DNA from: a virus
Lineage: Duplodnaviria; Caudoviricetes
Strand: one strand, 5' to 3'
Length of the DNA stretch: 26,577 nt
IMG/VR virus record: IMGVR_UViG_3300002092_000166
Location: 1 to 26,577 of that record
Position numbers and translations under genes: made by a program. A model generated the notes under the pieces. The model was not told the origin of the DNA, did not search any database, and saw only the letters and a program-made list of their open reading frames with translations. Shown one piece after another: positions 24,460 to 26,577 of the stretch; the stretch's first letter is position 1, and every line of letters starts with the position of its first letter.

Positions 24460-24655
24460 TCAATAATTTTGCTTTATTAAATAACTCAACCAGTTGATTC
24501 CAGTTTTCAACACTCAATGAAAAACCATCTCCGCAATGAGAAACTGTCATCCAAGGACCACACTCATCATTTGTATCAATATTAATTTCTTGTGTTCCCA
24601 TATCTTCTTCATCGTGAAATAATTTGACCTTTTGTGTTACATTTATTTTGTCCAT
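24446..24655 (-). CDS. Hypothetical protein (69 aa)
   Basis: Overlaps neighbours at both ends. Confidence 0.7.
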   Translation of the reverse strand: MDKINVTQKVKLFHDEEDMGTQEINIDTNDECGPWMTVSHCGDGFSLSVENWNQLVELFNKAKLLIDAK

Positions 24656-24897
24656 AATTCAACTAGTTTTTTTAATGTTAGCTTTTCCTGTTTTAATTCG
24701 GCTTCAAGCTCCATTGTAATTTGATGAATTACCATATTATAAATTGCTTTATTTTTTGGTTGGAAATCAATATTCGTCCATTCACTTTTTGTAAAAACCC
24801 TTACTTCAATTGTTTCCTTTTTTTCATTGATTTTATTTAGTTGGTTTTTGATTCTTTTAATATTTCTTAAACTATTCTCTAATTTTTCTATGTCCAT
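24643..24897 (-). CDS. Hypothetical protein (84 aa)
   Basis: TAATG-coupled to the nuclease stop. Confidence 0.7.
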   Translation of the reverse strand: MDIEKLENSLRNIKRIKNQLNKINEKKETIEVRVFTKSEWTNIDFQPKNKAIYNMVIHQITMELEAELKQEKLTLKKLVELWTK

Positions 24898-25532
24898 TAG
24901 TTTTCAAATAATGCCCACCATTTAAATGCGAGCTCGTTATACTTTTTAAATCCACTTTTGAAAAGTTCATCATCTCTACGAATCGGAACCTTGAATACTT
25001 TGAAGTTTACTTTTGAAACTCCGATTAATACATCTTGATTACTTCCTGCAATGTCCATATACCAGGCTCGCTGTCTATCATAATCGAAGTATCTAACTGC
25101 TTCTTCAAATTGCTTTTGAGTTGTGGCGGTGGTGCTTTTTAAGTCACCACCCCACCCCATACCATCCATCCACAAATCCCACTTACATCTGGTATCTAAT
25201 TTGAAATCCACATCCTCAAAATGAAATGAACGATTGACAATCATTACCTTTTGAGTATCGCTTTGAGAAAGTATATTTTTTGCCAAAGGATCATTCATAA
25301 AAGCACTTTTCATTCTCAAACCTTTCTCAAAATCTTCATCTGAATACTGAACTCCATCAACTTGTAGTTTGAAAAAATCTACTTTGAAAGGTTCCGTAAT
25401 AATAGCATCCAATAGAGTTCCGAACTTATAGGCTTTATCTTTTATAACCTCATCCATTTGAGGTGCCCAATAGCTCTTTAGCCAACTTAAATCAGAATTA
25501 CTGACTTCATCTCTTCCAAAGTAAGGATCCAT
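24897..25532 (-). CDS. PD-(D/E)XK exonuclease, RecE/DUF3799-like (211 aa; start reassigned to MDPYF)
   Basis: VSNSDL, AYKFGT, RCKWD...GGDLKST, Y.RQRAWY; the ATG at 25532 forms a TAATG overlap with the upstream stop. Confidence 0.82.
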   Translation of the reverse strand: MDPYFGRDEVSNSDLSWLKSYWAPQMDEVIKDKAYKFGTLLDAIITEPFKVDFFKLQVDGVQYSDEDFEKGLRMKSAFMNDPLAKNILSQSDTQKVMIVNRSFHFEDVDFKLDTRCKWDLWMDGMGWGGDLKSTTATTQKQFEEAVRYFDYDRQRAWYMDIAGSNQDVLIGVSKVNFKVFKVPIRRDDELFKSGFKKYNELAFKWWALFEN

Positions 25533-25846
25533 TATTCTGTCATTTTGGTTAGTAGTTCGTTTATCGCTTTCCTTAAAAATAAGGCAGGAGTTGCTGGTGA
25601 CTGTACTTTTTCTGCAAACTCTAAACATTCTTTCAACATTTCAAACATTTCTGGAGCTGCTGCGATTAGTTTCGTATTGGCTAAAAGTTCTTCATGATCT
25701 TTATTGGAATAGCTAGTGTATGGTGCATTAGTTTCTGCATAAATAGAAGCTAATGTTTGCCCATTTTCAGAAGCAACATATCCAACCTGTCCAAATTTAC
25801 TTTCTGTAACTTTCCACTTTCCTTGTGTTCCTTTAAATTTTGGCAT
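25532..25846 (-). CDS. Hypothetical phage protein (T.G.W ... AN.KLIAAAPE type; 104 aa, start reassigned)
   Basis: MPKFKGTQGKW...ANTKLIAAAPEMFEML; ATG 1 nt after the upstream TAG. Confidence 0.75.
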   Translation of the reverse strand: MPKFKGTQGKWKVTESKFGQVGYVASENGQTLASIYAETNAPYTSYSNKDHEELLANTKLIAAAPEMFEMLKECLEFAEKVQSPATPALFLRKAINELLTKMTE

Positions 25847-25847
25847 A

Positions 25848-26577
25848 CTATTTTCTATTAACAGCTTTATAAACTGGTTCATACTTCAAGTTTGTACTCA
25901 CAATCACATCATTAGATTTATGCCCAACTTTCTCGCAATAAGCTTTCATTTGAGCAATAGATTTTTTTTCCAATTCTTCTAATGTCAAAGTCATTCCCTC
26001 TCTTTGAAACCAAAAAGTAAAGATTTCAGCAACTGCGGTTTTATTAAGAAGTGTAATTTTGTAACCGTCTCTAGTCTCTGGAGCAATTGATTCAGTTATT
26101 ACCATATTGTCCATCATAGCATTAGTTTGTTCTGCCACTTTTTGAAGTTCCAATGCTTCCGCATCGGCTTTCTTTTTAGCTTCAGCATTTGCTTTCATTT
26201 GAGCTTCAGCATCTGCTTCACGTTTAGCTTTTTCTGCTGAAAGTCTTTTTTGCTCTTCAGCGCCTGCCTTAGCCATTTCATCTAAAGAAGTTTTTAGTGA
26301 TGGTAATTTCTCGATAAGTTCTTCTTTGAATTTTTTAAGTTCTTGAACTACTACAGCTGATATTAAACCGAAATCTTTTGAATTCATGAACTCTTTAAGA
26401 ATTGCGGTTGTCTCTTCTTGAGTATGATATTTGCGTGAATAATTTGGAGAGAATGAGTCAAAATGTGCTCTATCGTATGTAATCACAAGAGTCTTTAATC
26501 CTTTAGATTTTTCAACATAATTCTCAAGAACGATATTATTGAATGAACTTTGAAGCTTTTGTTTTCTCTCCAAAATG
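25848..26577 (-). CDS. Coiled-coil protein of the recombination module (partial, starts beyond right edge)
   Basis: Frame is open to the window end; Ala/Glu/Lys-rich coiled coil; upstream of the RecE-like nuclease. Confidence 0.75.
   Translation of the reverse strand, partial: ILERKQKLQSSFNNIVLENYVEKSKGLKTLVITYDRAHFDSFSPNYSRKYHTQEETTAILKEFMNSKDFGLISAVVVQELKKFKEELIEKLPSLKTSLDEMAKAGAEEQKRLSAEKAKREADAEAQMKANAEAKKKADAEALELQKVAEQTNAMMDNMVITESIAPETRDGYKITLLNKTAVAEIFTFWFQREGMTLTLEELEKKSIAQMKAYCEKVGHKSNDVIVSTNLKYEPVYKAVNRK

Noticed and set aside
25533-25628. Upstream extension of the RecE-like ORF given in the ORF track (likewise 14964-14990, 15877-15912, 25847-25882)
   Set aside because: The extensions overlap neighbouring genes or promoters, or lack a good leader; downstream ATGs have better coupling or A-rich leaders.
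1-26577. Calling the element a prophage or temperate phage
   Set aside because: No integrase, repressor, att site or host flank in the window; lifestyle cannot be determined here.

Overview
About 26.6 kb of an AT-rich tailed-phage (siphovirus-type) genome or prophage, most likely infecting Bacteroidota (Flavobacteriaceae-like). The host inference rests on A-rich leaders without Shine-Dalgarno motifs, TAnnTTTG promoter elements and DUF3127/DUF6291-type genes. Essentially all credible genes are on the minus strand. Reading right to left: recombination and replication genes (PD-(D/E)XK exonuclease, SNF2-like helicase, initiator with internal iterons, DnaC-like ATPase); DNA modification (a minimal N6-adenine MTase, an 815-aa ParB-MTase fusion, a deleted ParB-like remnant); a NUMOD4-HNH endonuclease; terS/terL; an accessory island between terL and portal (Com-like Zn ribbon, several micro-ORFs, DEDDh exonuclease, DUF3127, a Tad2/AcrIIA7-family anti-defence protein, a candidate sRNA); then portal, prohead protease, HK97-type capsid, connector and tail genes, and a tape measure gene running off the left edge. 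The most notable points are the ParB-MTase fusion, the late-positioned Tad2 island, and an unusual portal leader (two minigenes, probable non-AUG start) whose sequence is echoed in the adjacent terminator-bounded candidate sRNA. No integrase, host genes, tRNA or CRISPR array were seen. Family assignments come from motif recognition and gene order, not database searches.
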